Positions 28,769-39,092 of a DNA stretch of 64,000 bases are shown piece after piece. Source of the stretch: Micavibrio sp. (GTDB lineage: Bacteria; Pseudomonadota; Alphaproteobacteria; Micavibrionales; Micavibrionaceae); assembly GCA_027075555.1 (NCBI GenBank), contig JALTAZ010000010.1:2496-66495 (forward strand), read 5' to 3'. Each line of letters starts with the position of its first letter. The stretch's first letter is position 1. The translations under genes and the position numbers were made by a program. Below the pieces are notes generated by a model, which saw only the letters and a list, made by a program, of their open reading frames with translations, searched no databases and was not told where the DNA came from.

Positions 28769-29452
28769 ATGACACAACTAGATTATATACCAGAGGGGTA
28801 TGAGCAAATAAAGGTGGTTGATAATCTGTTTTCGTTTTTCAAGACAGATTTTGAGCCTAAAGCCAATATTGTTCTTTATCCAAGAAGGTTAACAGGTAAT
28901 TTTGATAGGTTAGCTGTTGAAATGGCAAATTTTTTTGATTTAAAGGAAGGGAAGCTTTTTATCAAATATAGTGAATGCAGCAAGATTCAATATTTTCAAA
29001 AGCAAGTAAAGGATAAAGATATATACAAAGCCGTAGATATAATATTATCTGATATGGAGTGCTTGTACTTTGCACGGGTTAAAACTCATATGCGTTTGGT
29101 TGTTAATGAGTATAAAAAGCATCATGATGTTCATGAGTTTCATGTTGATGGTCTAAATCAGGATTTTGATCGCTTTATTGTCTGCTATAATGATCCAGTA
29201 ACGCAATTTGTGCGTAATGATGATGTAATTATGGTTTCTGGTAATAATGTAAAGGTCAAGGATAATGCCCCTACATATCAGTTTGCATCAGGTGATATGT
29301 GGAAGGCGCGTGTGCGTAACAAACAACGAAACAGTGCCGATGATTTTCTTGGTAAAATTTTACGAGATAAAGAACGCCGCGCTTTTGTGCACAGGGCTTT
29401 GCGTTCTAATCTACCAAGAATTTTGGTTGTAGGTGATAAAAGATTAAATTAG
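28769..29452 (+). CDS. DUF1826-like protein (2OG/Fe(II) oxygenase-like HxD...H)
   Basis: EFHVDG, RFIVCY, VTQF, FVHRA and RILVV resemble DUF1826 motifs (FHVD, RLxCTY, VHRS, RLLL). Confidence 0.55.
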   Translation: MTQLDYIPEGYEQIKVVDNLFSFFKTDFEPKANIVLYPRRLTGNFDRLAVEMANFFDLKEGKLFIKYSECSKIQYFQKQVKDKDIYKAVDIILSDMECLYFARVKTHMRLVVNEYKKHHDVHEFHVDGLNQDFDRFIVCYNDPVTQFVRNDDVIMVSGNNVKVKDNAPTYQFASGDMWKARVRNKQRNSADDFLGKILRDKERRAFVHRALRSNLPRILVVGDKRLN

Positions 29453-29466
29453 CAATTATTCAATTG

Positions 29467-30300
29467 CTATTTGAAATAACTTATTCGCTTTGATGGTGGT
29501 AGTAAACTATTTATCATCATTTCTAAATTACGCGGATTTTCATGCCTAAGCATTGATTGAACTGTTTTTAGGGTCATCATTTTAGCCATAACATCATCAT
29601 CGGCATTTTTTTCAATTTTTGCAGCCAACGGAGCCATGACAATAGTTCCTAATATCGCGCCATAAAATGTTGTAAGAAGGGCTATTGCCATTGACGGACC
29701 AATAGCATCTGGGTTATCAAGATCTGCAAGCATTTGCACAAGTCCGATTAGTGTTCCAATTAAACCCATGGCAGGGGCAATTTCAGACCCTTTGCGCAAG
29801 ATGCTTGCGGCTCTTTTATGATTTTCTTCTTCCTTGTCAATTTGAAGCCGCAAAATACGCTTCAAGTCTTCTTCACTATATCCATCAACGACAAGACGTA
29901 TGGCGTAGTCTAAAAAAGGTTCATTTTTGGTTTGTTTTTCGTAATTAGACAGAGCCAATAATCCTTTTTTACGCGCTATTATAGCAAGATCAATCATGCT
30001 TTTTGCGAGAGAAGGGAAATTTCTAACTGGTCTAACTACTACTGTAGAAATAATTTTAATTGCCCCTTTTAATTCTTCTCCATTAAACGATATGCATGTA
30101 GCCGTAATTGTTCCAAGCAGAACAATTAGAAGTGATGGTATATTTATGAATTTTGCTTCACTAGGGTTATAAAAAATAGCCCCAACAATCATGCCAAAAG
30201 TAAAAACTAGCCCTAAAATAGTTGCAAGATCAGGCATAGTGGTGATGCTTGGTACATTAACAGCAGGTAATTTTATATCTTCTTGTTCGGACTCTGCCAT
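29467..30300 (-). CDS. motA: flagellar stator protein MotA/PomA
   Basis: ARKKGLLAL, APAMGLIGTLIGLVQML and ALLTTFYG. Confidence 0.9.
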   Translation of the reverse strand: MAESEQEDIKLPAVNVPSITTMPDLATILGLVFTFGMIVGAIFYNPSEAKFINIPSLLIVLLGTITATCISFNGEELKGAIKIISTVVVRPVRNFPSLAKSMIDLAIIARKKGLLALSNYEKQTKNEPFLDYAIRLVVDGYSEEDLKRILRLQIDKEEENHKRAASILRKGSEIAPAMGLIGTLIGLVQMLADLDNPDAIGPSMAIALLTTFYGAILGTIVMAPLAAKIEKNADDDVMAKMMTLKTVQSMLRHENPRNLEMMINSLLPPSKRISYFK

Positions 30301-30394
30301 GGTTATTATGCAATCCTTGTATCAATAATAGCTAGTAGTAATAATTGAATAAGTAGTTTTACGCAGTTATGAAATTAAATACTCACTTAAAATA

Positions 30395-30799
30395 TTAGGT
30401 ACGGTCAGATTTGACAATTTCTGTCATTGTAATTCCAAGTTTATCTTCAACAACAACAACTTCACCTCGGGCAACAAGACGGTTATTAACATAAATATCA
30501 ATTGCTTCTCCCACCTTGCGGTCAAGCTCAATAACCGCTCCGCGACCTAGTTTTAATAGCTGGCTAACTTGCATGGTAGAGCGCCCTAAAACGGCGGAAA
30601 CATTAACAGGAATATCGTAAATTGCGGTAACATCACCTGCCATGGCTTCCCCAATGGCAAACTCCTTATCATCGCTCTTGTTCTTAAGCTCTTCAGGCTC
30701 ACTTATTTCATCAAGATTCAGGTCACTACTTTCTGATGAAGGAGGATCTCCAAACATATTGTCTATGTCATCTTGATTTGCATTATTATCATCGGCCAT
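30395..30799 (-). CDS. fliN: flagellar motor switch protein FliN
   Basis: IYDIPVNVSAVLG and VNNRLVARGEVVVV. Confidence 0.95.
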   Translation of the reverse strand: MADDNNANQDDIDNMFGDPPSSESSDLNLDEISEPEELKNKSDDKEFAIGEAMAGDVTAIYDIPVNVSAVLGRSTMQVSQLLKLGRGAVIELDRKVGEAIDIYVNNRLVARGEVVVVEDKLGITMTEIVKSDRT

Positions 30800-31474
30800 T
30801 TATGTTTCTCCAAGTTTGTTATTATCCTTATTTCCTTGCTCATAGCCATCATGAAGGCTTATGCCACGCTCTGCAAGAGATTGCTTTAAAATATCAAATA
30901 TTTTTTCTGCTGTTGCATCGCGGTTACAAATTATTCCCCCTCTAGGCCAGTTGATACGACAATCATTATTTGAAAGAGAATTATCAATTTTTAATGATAT
31001 TTTCTTATGAAGAACTTCTTCTTGAGTTTTAAGAAATACTGACAATGCCTCATTTAGCTCTTTATTAAGGCTGATTGATATTTTTTCAGGGATCATGTTA
31101 TCTGATAGGGCTGCAACAATTGATTGTTTTAATTCCTCATGACCATATTTTTCCATATAGTGAGGAAAAGCCTTTGTAAAGAGTTTTGAAGTCAAATATA
31201 TTACTTCATCTTCATATAATTTATTTCTTTTTTCTTCAGCAGTGAATAATATTGATATGTTTTGATCAATTTTTTGCAATATATTAAGCATCTTACTGGT
31301 GATAGAATCTTGGCTTTCTTCAAAACCAGATTTTTTTCCTTCTTCAAATGCTGCTTTTTGTGCCTGCTCCATTTCGCCTTTTGTAAATTCAGGCTGTTCG
31401 GCAATTTCATCTTCTGATAATTGATAATCATCATCAAATATATTTGAATCAAAGAAAAATGGCTGTCCTTTCAT
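30800..31474 (-). CDS. fliH: flagellar assembly protein FliH
   Basis: Lies between fliG and fliN. AFEEGKKSG repeat and C-terminal DCRINW..GG. Confidence 0.82.
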   Translation of the reverse strand: MKGQPFFFDSNIFDDDYQLSEDEIAEQPEFTKGEMEQAQKAAFEEGKKSGFEESQDSITSKMLNILQKIDQNISILFTAEEKRNKLYEDEVIYLTSKLFTKAFPHYMEKYGHEELKQSIVAALSDNMIPEKISISLNKELNEALSVFLKTQEEVLHKKISLKIDNSLSNNDCRINWPRGGIICNRDATAEKIFDILKQSLAERGISLHDGYEQGNKDNNKLGET

Positions 31475-31510
31475 GGCGTTTTTGTCCTTGGTGCTTTTTT
31501 GTTAATTATT

Positions 31511-32536
31511 TTAGGCAATCATTTCTTCTTCACCAGATCCTGTATTTATGGTTATCTCACCTCTTGTTTCCAAGTCCTTTGTAACGGTAACAATATATTG
31601 CTGCGCTTCTTCAACTTCTTTTAATCTAACAGGGCCCATAGCAGCCATATCCTCTTTCATAATTTTGGCTGCGCGTTCTGACATATTGTCAAAAAACAAA
31701 TCTTTTAAACTATCCGTAGCACCTTTCAATGCCAAAGGTAGTTTTTCTTTATCCACGGCGCGAATAACTGTTTGTATAGAGGCGGGGTCAAGATTAAGAA
31801 GATCCTCAAAGGTAAACATAAGGCTGCGGATTTTTTCAGCAGAATCTGGGGTTATTTTTTCCAATTCTTCCATAAACCTAGTTTCAACCGCACGCTCCAT
31901 GTTGTTAAATATATCGGCAATAAGCTCATGGCTGTCACGACGCTGCGTCCGTGCAAGGTTAGACATAAATTCCTTGCGTAGGGTCTTTTCAACTTCTTCT
32001 AGAATTTCTTTTTGAACCGTCTCCATTTTAAGCATACGGTTTATAACTTCAAGGGCAAACCCATCTGGTAAAATAGCCAAAACTCTAGCTGCGTGATCTG
32101 TTGAAACCTTTGATAAAACAACGGCAACAGTTTGGGGGTATTCTTTTTGTAGAAAGTTGGCTAAAATCTCTTCATTTACATTACCAAGCTTTTCCCACAT
32201 AGTGCGCCCTGCAGGACCTCGAATTTCCTCCATTATTATATCAATTTTTTCTTTAGAAAGACCAGATTTTAAAAGCAGGCGTTCCGTGCTATCTTGCGAT
32301 CCAACTAGGGTGCTAGTAGAGCTCATTTGTTCCGTGAACTCAATGAAAAGGCGTTCAACTACGCTAGGACCAATTTTTCCTAATCCTGATATTATTTGTG
32401 ATAATTCTAATATCTCGTCATCATCCATATGGTTAAATATTTGTGCGGTATGTTCTTCACTTAGTGAAAGCACAAATATAGCGGCCTTTTCTGGGCCTGA
32501 TAACGAACGATAATCATCTCTAACACGGACACTCAT
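31511..32536 (-). CDS. fliG: flagellar motor switch protein FliG
   Basis: [25 protein letters not shown] and NMSERAA. Confidence 0.95.
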   Translation of the reverse strand: MSVRVRDDYRSLSGPEKAAIFVLSLSEEHTAQIFNHMDDDEILELSQIISGLGKIGPSVVERLFIEFTEQMSSTSTLVGSQDSTERLLLKSGLSKEKIDIIMEEIRGPAGRTMWEKLGNVNEEILANFLQKEYPQTVAVVLSKVSTDHAARVLAILPDGFALEVINRMLKMETVQKEILEEVEKTLRKEFMSNLARTQRRDSHELIADIFNNMERAVETRFMEELEKITPDSAEKIRSLMFTFEDLLNLDPASIQTVIRAVDKEKLPLALKGATDSLKDLFFDNMSERAAKIMKEDMAAMGPVRLKEVEEAQQYIVTVTKDLETRGEITINTGSGEEEMIA

Positions 32537-32542
32537 CTGATA

Positions 32543-34234
32543 CTAGCTCTCCTGTGACATCCAACTTCTAATAACTGATACGGTCTCAGTTGGATAGCTT
32601 TCTACTATTTCTTCAACTTTTTTAACAGTAGAAGCCTTAACCTTACCTTCAATGCCTTGAATATTTATTAGAGAATCATCTTCTTCTGTAACAACAGGAT
32701 TATTTGTAATTGGAGGGAGTGGTTGACCATCAGCACCTAACTGTTGTTGTTGCGGGGGAGCTAATGCCGGATTGGCTGGAGATGCCGATAATAGATCATG
32801 CTGTAGAAGCTCATCAAGCCCTGCAACGGGTTTATTTAAACTCTCCATATTCATAAGTTTAGATACCATTGGCTGTATAACAAGAACAACAACAAGGATT
32901 AACATAATAGCAACAACTATCATCTCTGCAGCATCGATAAGATCACTTTTCTCAAATCCAAACAACATGCGATCATCGGCAACATCTTCTGCTGTGTCAA
33001 TTTGTGCAAATTGAAGATTTGCAATTTCAATTACATCACCACGATTTTCATCGAACCCTACCGCAGTTTTTACCAATGCTGCAATTTTATCCATTTCATC
33101 TTTTGATCTAGGTTCATAAACTTTATTTCCATCTCCATCTTCTTTATAACGACCATCAACTAATACTGATACAGAAAGCTTTTTTATATGACCTGATTGT
33201 CTAACCGTACTTTTAATAGTTTTACTTATTTCATAATTTACAACTTCTTCACTTTTTGAAGATTCTAGGCTAGGAGAATCACCAGAGAGTAAATTACCAC
33301 CAACACCAGGCAGGTTGTTGCCAACGGATACATTATCTGATGCAGGTTCTCTTTCCTTATTATCTTCTTGGGTTGTTTGTGATGATCTTAAAACCTGCCC
33401 TGCGGGGTCATATATTTCTTCGTTCATGCTTATTTGATCAAAATTCATATCAGCATTAATAATGGCTGTAACCTTTCCAAAACCAACTATCCTGCTTATT
33501 TGGTCTTCTATTTGTCTTTGCAGGCGTCTTTCATAGTTGCGCCTTAAATCTTCAGTTTTTAATGACATAACACTTTCATTATCCCCGTTGGCTTTTGCTA
33601 ATAAATTACCATTGCTGTCTATAACTGAAACATTAGAAGATTTTAAATTGGGGACAGCAGATGCCACTATTGATTGAATTGCCTGTATCTGTGATTTTTC
33701 TATAGAAGATCCTGATTTTATTCCAAGAAATACGCTAGCTGATGATGAACGTGTATTTTTGCTAAATAATTCTCTTTTGGGGATAACAATATGAACGCGT
33801 GCACTACGAACACTATCTAGTGAACTAATTGTTCTTGCTAGTTCGCCTTCTAGTGCTCTTACTTGGTTTATGTTTTGTATGAAATTGGTCGTACCAAATC
33901 CCGATTGCTTGTCAAAAATCTCATATCCCATAGACCCGCCATTTGGAAGCCCAGCATCAGCAAGCAACATACGAGCTCGTCCAACCTCATTTCCTGGAAC
34001 TAAAATGCGAGAACCATCTGCGGAAATTTCATAGGGAATTTGAGTTTCTTCAAGTTTAGCCGCAACAGCTCCAGAGTCAGTTGATGATAGGTCTGTATAT
34101 AACAACTTCATTTCCGGAGTGGTTATACGCATTGACAAAAACACAAAAAACATAAGTAGGCTAAGCACAATAGCGCCCATAACACCCAAGCGCGCCGGAC
34201 CTAATTGTTGTAATGTTGCGACAAAGTTATTCAC
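32543..34234 (-). CDS. fliF: flagellar M-ring protein FliF
   Basis: GYEIFD, RALEGELARTI, ARVHIV and NYEISKT. GTG start at 34234 preferred (ORF track extends to 34297). Confidence 0.93.
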   Translation of the reverse strand: MNNFVATLQQLGPARLGVMGAIVLSLLMFFVFLSMRITTPEMKLLYTDLSSTDSGAVAAKLEETQIPYEISADGSRILVPGNEVGRARMLLADAGLPNGGSMGYEIFDKQSGFGTTNFIQNINQVRALEGELARTISSLDSVRSARVHIVIPKRELFSKNTRSSSASVFLGIKSGSSIEKSQIQAIQSIVASAVPNLKSSNVSVIDSNGNLLAKANGDNESVMSLKTEDLRRNYERRLQRQIEDQISRIVGFGKVTAIINADMNFDQISMNEEIYDPAGQVLRSSQTTQEDNKEREPASDNVSVGNNLPGVGGNLLSGDSPSLESSKSEEVVNYEISKTIKSTVRQSGHIKKLSVSVLVDGRYKEDGDGNKVYEPRSKDEMDKIAALVKTAVGFDENRGDVIEIANLQFAQIDTAEDVADDRMLFGFEKSDLIDAAEMIVVAIMLILVVVLVIQPMVSKLMNMESLNKPVAGLDELLQHDLLSASPANPALAPPQQQQLGADGQPLPPITNNPVVTEEDDSLINIQGIEGKVKASTVKKVEEIVESYPTETVSVIRSWMSQES

Positions 34235-34543
34235 GGATAATACCTTTTTGAAAAACGCTGAAATTATAACGATATTAAGCGCATAATAGTATAACACAAA
34301 AACATTGCATTAGACGAGGGGGGGATTCGTCAAAACACTTATATAAATTACTGTAGTTTTTGAATTCTGGCAAATGGCAATATAAAAATTTAGTTATACA
34401 AAGATATTTACAAGATATTTCATAGCAAAAATAACATGACTTGACTTTATGGTAATAATATAGTACTGTGATAGTAGGGTAGTATATCAGAATTCTGTGT
34501 TTTTGGAAGTCTGATTGATAGTAGAAAGGTTAGGGTTGCGCTC

Positions 34544-35029
34544 ATGATTGATGCGGTGAATTCTACAATTGCAAATACGTTACCAATGCGCTCGGGTGTG
34601 TCTTTGGACGGCGTTGAGCCACCTGTGCCTTCAGAAGCTCCGCGTGCTCCGCAAGCCCCTTTTGTTTCCCCTTACATTGCGGTTGATTTGGATTTTGACA
34701 AGGCTGTTTTACAAATTCGTGATTCTGAAACGGGAGATGTTAAACAACAATTCCCAACACAAAGCCGTTTAATTCAGCTTAGCCGTGCACAAGAGCGTTT
34801 AGAAGTTGCTCAGGCGTCTCAGCGGCAAGACCAGAATTCATACGTTGAATCTATAGCGCAGCAGACTCAACAGGTGTCAGATGTTGTCACTATACAAGAT
34901 ATAACCTCATCTCTGGCATCTAATCAGTCATTGCCTGCACCACAAATAGCTGCGGCGGCGTTATCTACAGGGGCGCAATCTGCTCAAACAAATGTGAACA
35001 CTGGCGCTAGCGTTAGTGTTCTTGCTTAG
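34544..35029 (+). CDS. FlaG-like protein
   Basis: VLQIRDSETGDVKQQFP resembles the FlaG VxDxxTGEVIRQIP motif. Divergent from fliF. Confidence 0.55.
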   Translation: MIDAVNSTIANTLPMRSGVSLDGVEPPVPSEAPRAPQAPFVSPYIAVDLDFDKAVLQIRDSETGDVKQQFPTQSRLIQLSRAQERLEVAQASQRQDQNSYVESIAQQTQQVSDVVTIQDITSSLASNQSLPAPQIAAAALSTGAQSAQTNVNTGASVSVLA

Positions 35030-35254
35030 GAAACAATATTAAATAATTGATATTATTAAACCTTAAATTTTTTTATTTTCCTTTTTGTGGTGCTTGGAAT
35101 GTGGGCTATTGGTAGAGCTTCTTCTTGTGAATGAAAGAATAAAAAATAAAAATTTAAAAAAGGAGGAAGGGTAAAAAGCCAGAATAACAGGCTTATCTAG
35201 CTTTTTTATTTTATTTTGTTTTGAAATCATTTTTAAAATTTTTTATAAGCACGT

Positions 35255-35278
35255 AAAAATCGCGGGGCGTATCCCGTG
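35255..35278 (-). terminator. putative intrinsic terminator of trcR
   Basis: Minus strand reads CACGGG-ATACGC-CCCGCG followed by ATTTTT, a few nt after the stop. The stem is imperfect. Confidence 0.45.
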
Positions 35279-35286
35279 GAGATTCA

Positions 35287-35982
35287 CTAACTGTTTTCTG
35301 AATTAGAATCTTCAGGCAAGAAGTTAGAAAAATCAAAACCCGCGCTTGATCCTTTGGAAGGTTCGTTTTCCTGGGGAGCGTCAAGCCCTTTTTGTATTTC
35401 AGCTTCACGCTCAGCCTTTATTGCTTCGGGATCTTTACCTGCTGCTTTTAGGCCTTTATTATATGCTTTTTCAAATTCCGAATAAGTACACAGCCCAAGT
35501 TCTGCTGGGTGGCGCGGTCGTAAATTGGAACTATTAGGGTGAGACCTATCACGAATAGATGCAATAGTTGGTTTTGTAGTGCCAACAAGTTTACATATCT
35601 GAGCATCTGAAATCTCAGGATTATGCTTTATAATATAAGCTATAGCATCAGGCTTATCACCACGTTTTGAAACAGGAGTATATCTAGGGCCTTTAGAGCG
35701 AATCTTTGCACAAGGCAAGTCACGCTTTGCCATTTTTAAAGATGCAAGAGGGTCAGCCTCACAACGTTCAAGCTCACTTTTAGTTATTTCGCCATGCTCT
35801 ATTGGATCTCTGCCAACAATACCTTTGCCAATCTCTTCATTTGCTAAAGCTTCAACTTCTATTTCTGTAATGCCCGTGAAATCAGCAATTTGTCTGAATG
35901 TTAATGCTGTATTTTCAATTAACCATATAGATGTTGCCTTTGGCATAAGTAACTGTGGGGTCTGTTGTGCGGCCTTGGCCAT
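35287..35982 (-). CDS. trcR: DUF1013 family cell-cycle transcriptional regulator TrcR
   Basis: LMPKATSIWLIENTALTF.QIADF, GPRYTPVSKR.D.PDAI and GTTKPTI..IRDRSH. Confidence 0.88.
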   Translation of the reverse strand: MAKAAQQTPQLLMPKATSIWLIENTALTFRQIADFTGITEIEVEALANEEIGKGIVGRDPIEHGEITKSELERCEADPLASLKMAKRDLPCAKIRSKGPRYTPVSKRGDKPDAIAYIIKHNPEISDAQICKLVGTTKPTIASIRDRSHPNSSNLRPRHPAELGLCTYSEFEKAYNKGLKAAGKDPEAIKAEREAEIQKGLDAPQENEPSKGSSAGFDFSNFLPEDSNSENS

Positions 35983-36220
35983 TTTTATCTCCTTATAAAA
36001 GGTCTTTCAATATATGTTTAACTGAGCCTGTCCCTTGGCTCATTATTTAATAAATATCAAAAATATATAGGGAACTTGTGTCTTATAAGTGATATTTTTT
36101 ATAAAAGCTAGTTTTTTTTTGCTTTAAGTTGTGTTTGATATATGGATTGATTTTAAAGAGATATAATCTTATCTTTGCTCTGATGAGCGATTTTTTGTAA
36201 CCTTATTAAAGTTTTATAAT

Positions 36221-36403
36221 ATGTTTGATGAAGATTTACCCAAACCAAAGTGTGATAATGGTTTGCCACGTAGTTTAGATGATATGTCTATTTCTGATCT
36301 TGAAGAATATATTAATGATCTAGAAGCTGAAATTTCTAGAGTCAGGAGTGATATAGATAGGAAAAAAGCATCGAGTCAAGCGGCAGATTCGTTTTTCAAA
36401 TAA
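36221..36403 (+). CDS. DUF1192 family protein
   Basis: LDDMSISDLEEYINDLEAEISR...AADSFFK. Divergent from trcR. Confidence 0.82.
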   Translation: MFDEDLPKPKCDNGLPRSLDDMSISDLEEYINDLEAEISRVRSDIDRKKASSQAADSFFK

Positions 36404-36425
36404 ATCATTATTTTATTACTAATCT

Positions 36426-36454
36426 AATAAAGAACAGGGAAATAAAGAACAGGG
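36426..36454 (+). repeat. direct repeat AATAAAGAACAGGG x2 (15-bp period) at the guaC ribosome-binding site
   Basis: Read directly. The second copy ends just upstream of the guaC ATG. Confidence 0.85.
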
Positions 36455-36461
36455 GAAAAAT

Positions 36462-37505
36462 ATGCGTATAGAAGAAGATATAAAGTTGGATTTCAAGGAT
36501 GTTCTTATTCGTCCTAAACGCTCGACTTTGCGTTCAAGAAAAGATGTTGATATCACGCGAAGTTTTACTTTTAAGTGGAGTGGGCGCAAATATGATGGCG
36601 TGCCTATTATTGCGGCTAATATGGATAGTGTTGGTACCATATCTATGGCTCAGTCTTTTATTAAGCTTAAAACAGGAATGAGTGTAGCTCTTCATAAGCA
36701 TTATCATATAGATAAGTTAAATGAATTTTATGATAAATACGGTGGACAAAGTGTTTGGTATAGTATTGGCATGGTTAAAGATGATCAGGAAAAATTGGAT
36801 TCTTTTGTAAAAGAACGTCCGAGTGTAATTGAAAAATTATGTGTGGATGTTGCCAATGGTTATAGTGAGCATTTTGTTGATTTTGTTAAGAGTATAAGAG
36901 ATAAATTCCCAGATATAACTATTATGGCGGGTAATGTTGTTACTGGTGAAATGGTGGAAGAGCTTATATTATCGGGGGTGGATGTAGTTAAAGTGGGGAT
37001 TGGACCAGGAAGTGTTTGTACCACTCGTAAAATGACAGGCGTTGGCTATCCTCAGCTGTCAGCTATTATTGAATGCGCAGATGCGGCGCATGGTCTGGGT
37101 GGATTGATATGTGCAGATGGCGGTTGCACTGTTCCTGGTGATATTGCAAAAGCATTTGGCGCGGGGGCAGACTTTGTTATGCTTGGGGGAATGCTTGCCG
37201 GTCATGATCAATCTGAAATGGAAATAATTGAAGAAAATGGCAATAAATACATGATATTTTATGGTATGAGTAGCGATACTGCGATGAAAAAGCATAAAGG
37301 AGGTGTCGCGGGATATAGAGCTAGTGAAGGTAAGACTGTGAAGATAGCTTATCGTGGAGATATATCGCAAACTTTGCAAGATATTTTAGGCGGGGTTCGT
37401 TCTGCTTGTACTTATGTTGGGGCAACAAAGTTAAAAGAATTATCAAAGCGTATGACCTTCATTCGTGTAACACAACAGATAAATACTGTTTTTGGTAATG
37501 ATTAA
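36462..37505 (+). CDS. guaC: GMP reductase (type 1)
   Basis: [44 protein letters not shown] and YRASEGK. Confidence 0.96.
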   Translation: MRIEEDIKLDFKDVLIRPKRSTLRSRKDVDITRSFTFKWSGRKYDGVPIIAANMDSVGTISMAQSFIKLKTGMSVALHKHYHIDKLNEFYDKYGGQSVWYSIGMVKDDQEKLDSFVKERPSVIEKLCVDVANGYSEHFVDFVKSIRDKFPDITIMAGNVVTGEMVEELILSGVDVVKVGIGPGSVCTTRKMTGVGYPQLSAIIECADAAHGLGGLICADGGCTVPGDIAKAFGAGADFVMLGGMLAGHDQSEMEIIEENGNKYMIFYGMSSDTAMKKHKGGVAGYRASEGKTVKIAYRGDISQTLQDILGGVRSACTYVGATKLKELSKRMTFIRVTQQINTVFGND

Positions 37506-37727
37506 AAATTAATAGTAACTTGCATTTATTTTATGACTTTGTTGTTGCGTTTATAACGTAAAGTTACTTGCTCCTTGTTCTAAAATAAAGCCAAATCACT
37601 ATATTTATTCTAATTATTATTTGATTGTCTTGATAAGATCCACGCAAGTCGCTAGAGTGGTGCGTTCTTGGTAGTTAAATAATATGTAGTTAACATATAT
37701 GTTATGTGTTTTTAAAAAAAGGAGCCT

Positions 37728-38075
37728 TTGATGGAAGAAGATATTCAAACACGGTTGAAGGAAACTTCTCAGAATTGTCTTGATGCTTATTTAGCTTGGG
37801 AGGAGAAAAAGCAAGACCCAAAGGCTCAAGAGGCACTGCATGCGGCAATACATGAATTACGCAAGGTTTCCTCTCGTCTTGAGATTGAACTGGCTATTAG
37901 TGAGAGAGAGCAAATTACATCAAAGCCTATTCCTATTCCTGCTCATAGGGCAAATAGTAAAGGTGATACAGGGGCTATTTTAGAAACTGGTGCAAGCTCA
38001 ACAAATGGCGAAACTATTGTTCAGTCTAAACCAAAACGTAGAAGGTCTCCTAGAAAGCAAACTACACAACAGTGA
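37728..38075 (+). CDS. hypothetical protein
   Basis: AAGGAG SD. Helical N-terminal half and basic C-terminus. Confidence 0.7.
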   Translation: MMEEDIQTRLKETSQNCLDAYLAWEEKKQDPKAQEALHAAIHELRKVSSRLEIELAISEREQITSKPIPIPAHRANSKGDTGAILETGASSTNGETIVQSKPKRRRSPRKQTTQQ

Positions 38076-38393
38076 TATAATATAATTTATATATGTTTTT
38101 GTGTTTTCAATAACCAGTGTGATTTGACATGGAATAAGGTATTGGAGTTGTTAGCGTGTAATGCTCTTGCAATGTTAACTAGAGAACTATATTAATTATT
38201 TACATTTATTGATTGCCTGAAATATTGTTAATGTAAAAGTTATTTAAATTAGCCTATCAAAAATGTATGACAGGATTAATTTCTTCATGACTTGTTGTCT
38301 AAAGGCAAATAAATATAACCGGCAAATATATAAAGGTATAAGATAGAGATATAAATAAGTAGAATGTTGATAAGTTAAAACCTTAGATTAAAC

Positions 38394-39080
38394 CTAGTTA
38401 AATAATTCAGGACATTCACGGCAACATTTATTGCGTAAAATTATATAAATCAGATGAATTGTTCCTATCCCTGCAAGTAAACAGAAAAATGATATATAGG
38501 CATAGCTTAAAAATGCCCATACTATTATCAATACAGATATTATGGTCAGACCAAATATACGCATGTGAAAATAAGTGGATATAAGGGGCGGTGTAACAAT
38601 CAAGAATATATAAATCGCATAGGTCAGGCTGCGCGGAATAAAGTAATCAAGAAACATTGTATCCTCATAGGCAATGGAGTAATTATTGATACTAACCCTT
38701 ACCCAGTCGGGGTTAATTAAATGTGGTATATATAATAGCAAGCCAAAAACAAGACCCGCCATAGAAAATATTAAAAGCGCTCTTTTGCGTTTACTTTTTT
38801 CGGGTTCAAGGAAATATATGCTAAAAGGAATCCATGTTGGCCACATAAGCCATGAAAACAGGATAAAGCTCATAGCCCCCCACCATATCATATTTGGATC
38901 AGAATCATTTAGCCCCATCCACACATGACCTTCTGCTATTTGTTGCAAACCTGCCATAACAGGCATCATTGAAACAGGTAAATACCGTTTGTTGATGTTA
39001 TAAGCCTTCCAAGCGGCAAATACGCCACCCGTCAAAAGAATACCACCGGTTATAAAGCTAACGGGCTCTGAAAAACACAT
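38394..39080 (-). CDS. integral membrane protein, DUF6629-like
   Basis: MCFSxxxSF start, QQIAEG, SFFC and C-terminal CCREC. About 7 TM segments. Confidence 0.65.
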   Translation of the reverse strand: MCFSEPVSFITGGILLTGGVFAAWKAYNINKRYLPVSMMPVMAGLQQIAEGHVWMGLNDSDPNMIWWGAMSFILFSWLMWPTWIPFSIYFLEPEKSKRKRALLIFSMAGLVFGLLLYIPHLINPDWVRVSINNYSIAYEDTMFLDYFIPRSLTYAIYIFLIVTPPLISTYFHMRIFGLTIISVLIIVWAFLSYAYISFFCLLAGIGTIHLIYIILRNKCCRECPELFN

Positions 39081-39092
39081 AAAGTTTTAATT

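Noticed and set aside
34235..34297. N-terminal extension of FliF in the ORF track
   Set aside because: The GTG at 34234 gives the typical FliF start. The extension overlaps the probable promoter.
34368..34385. sigma54 promoter suggested by TGGCA repeats
   Set aside because: No correctly spaced -12 TTGC element.
35061..35170. Long AT-rich inverted repeat as an sRNA or MITE
   Set aside because: Pairing relies almost entirely on A/T runs, which is expected by chance here, and no second copy was seen.
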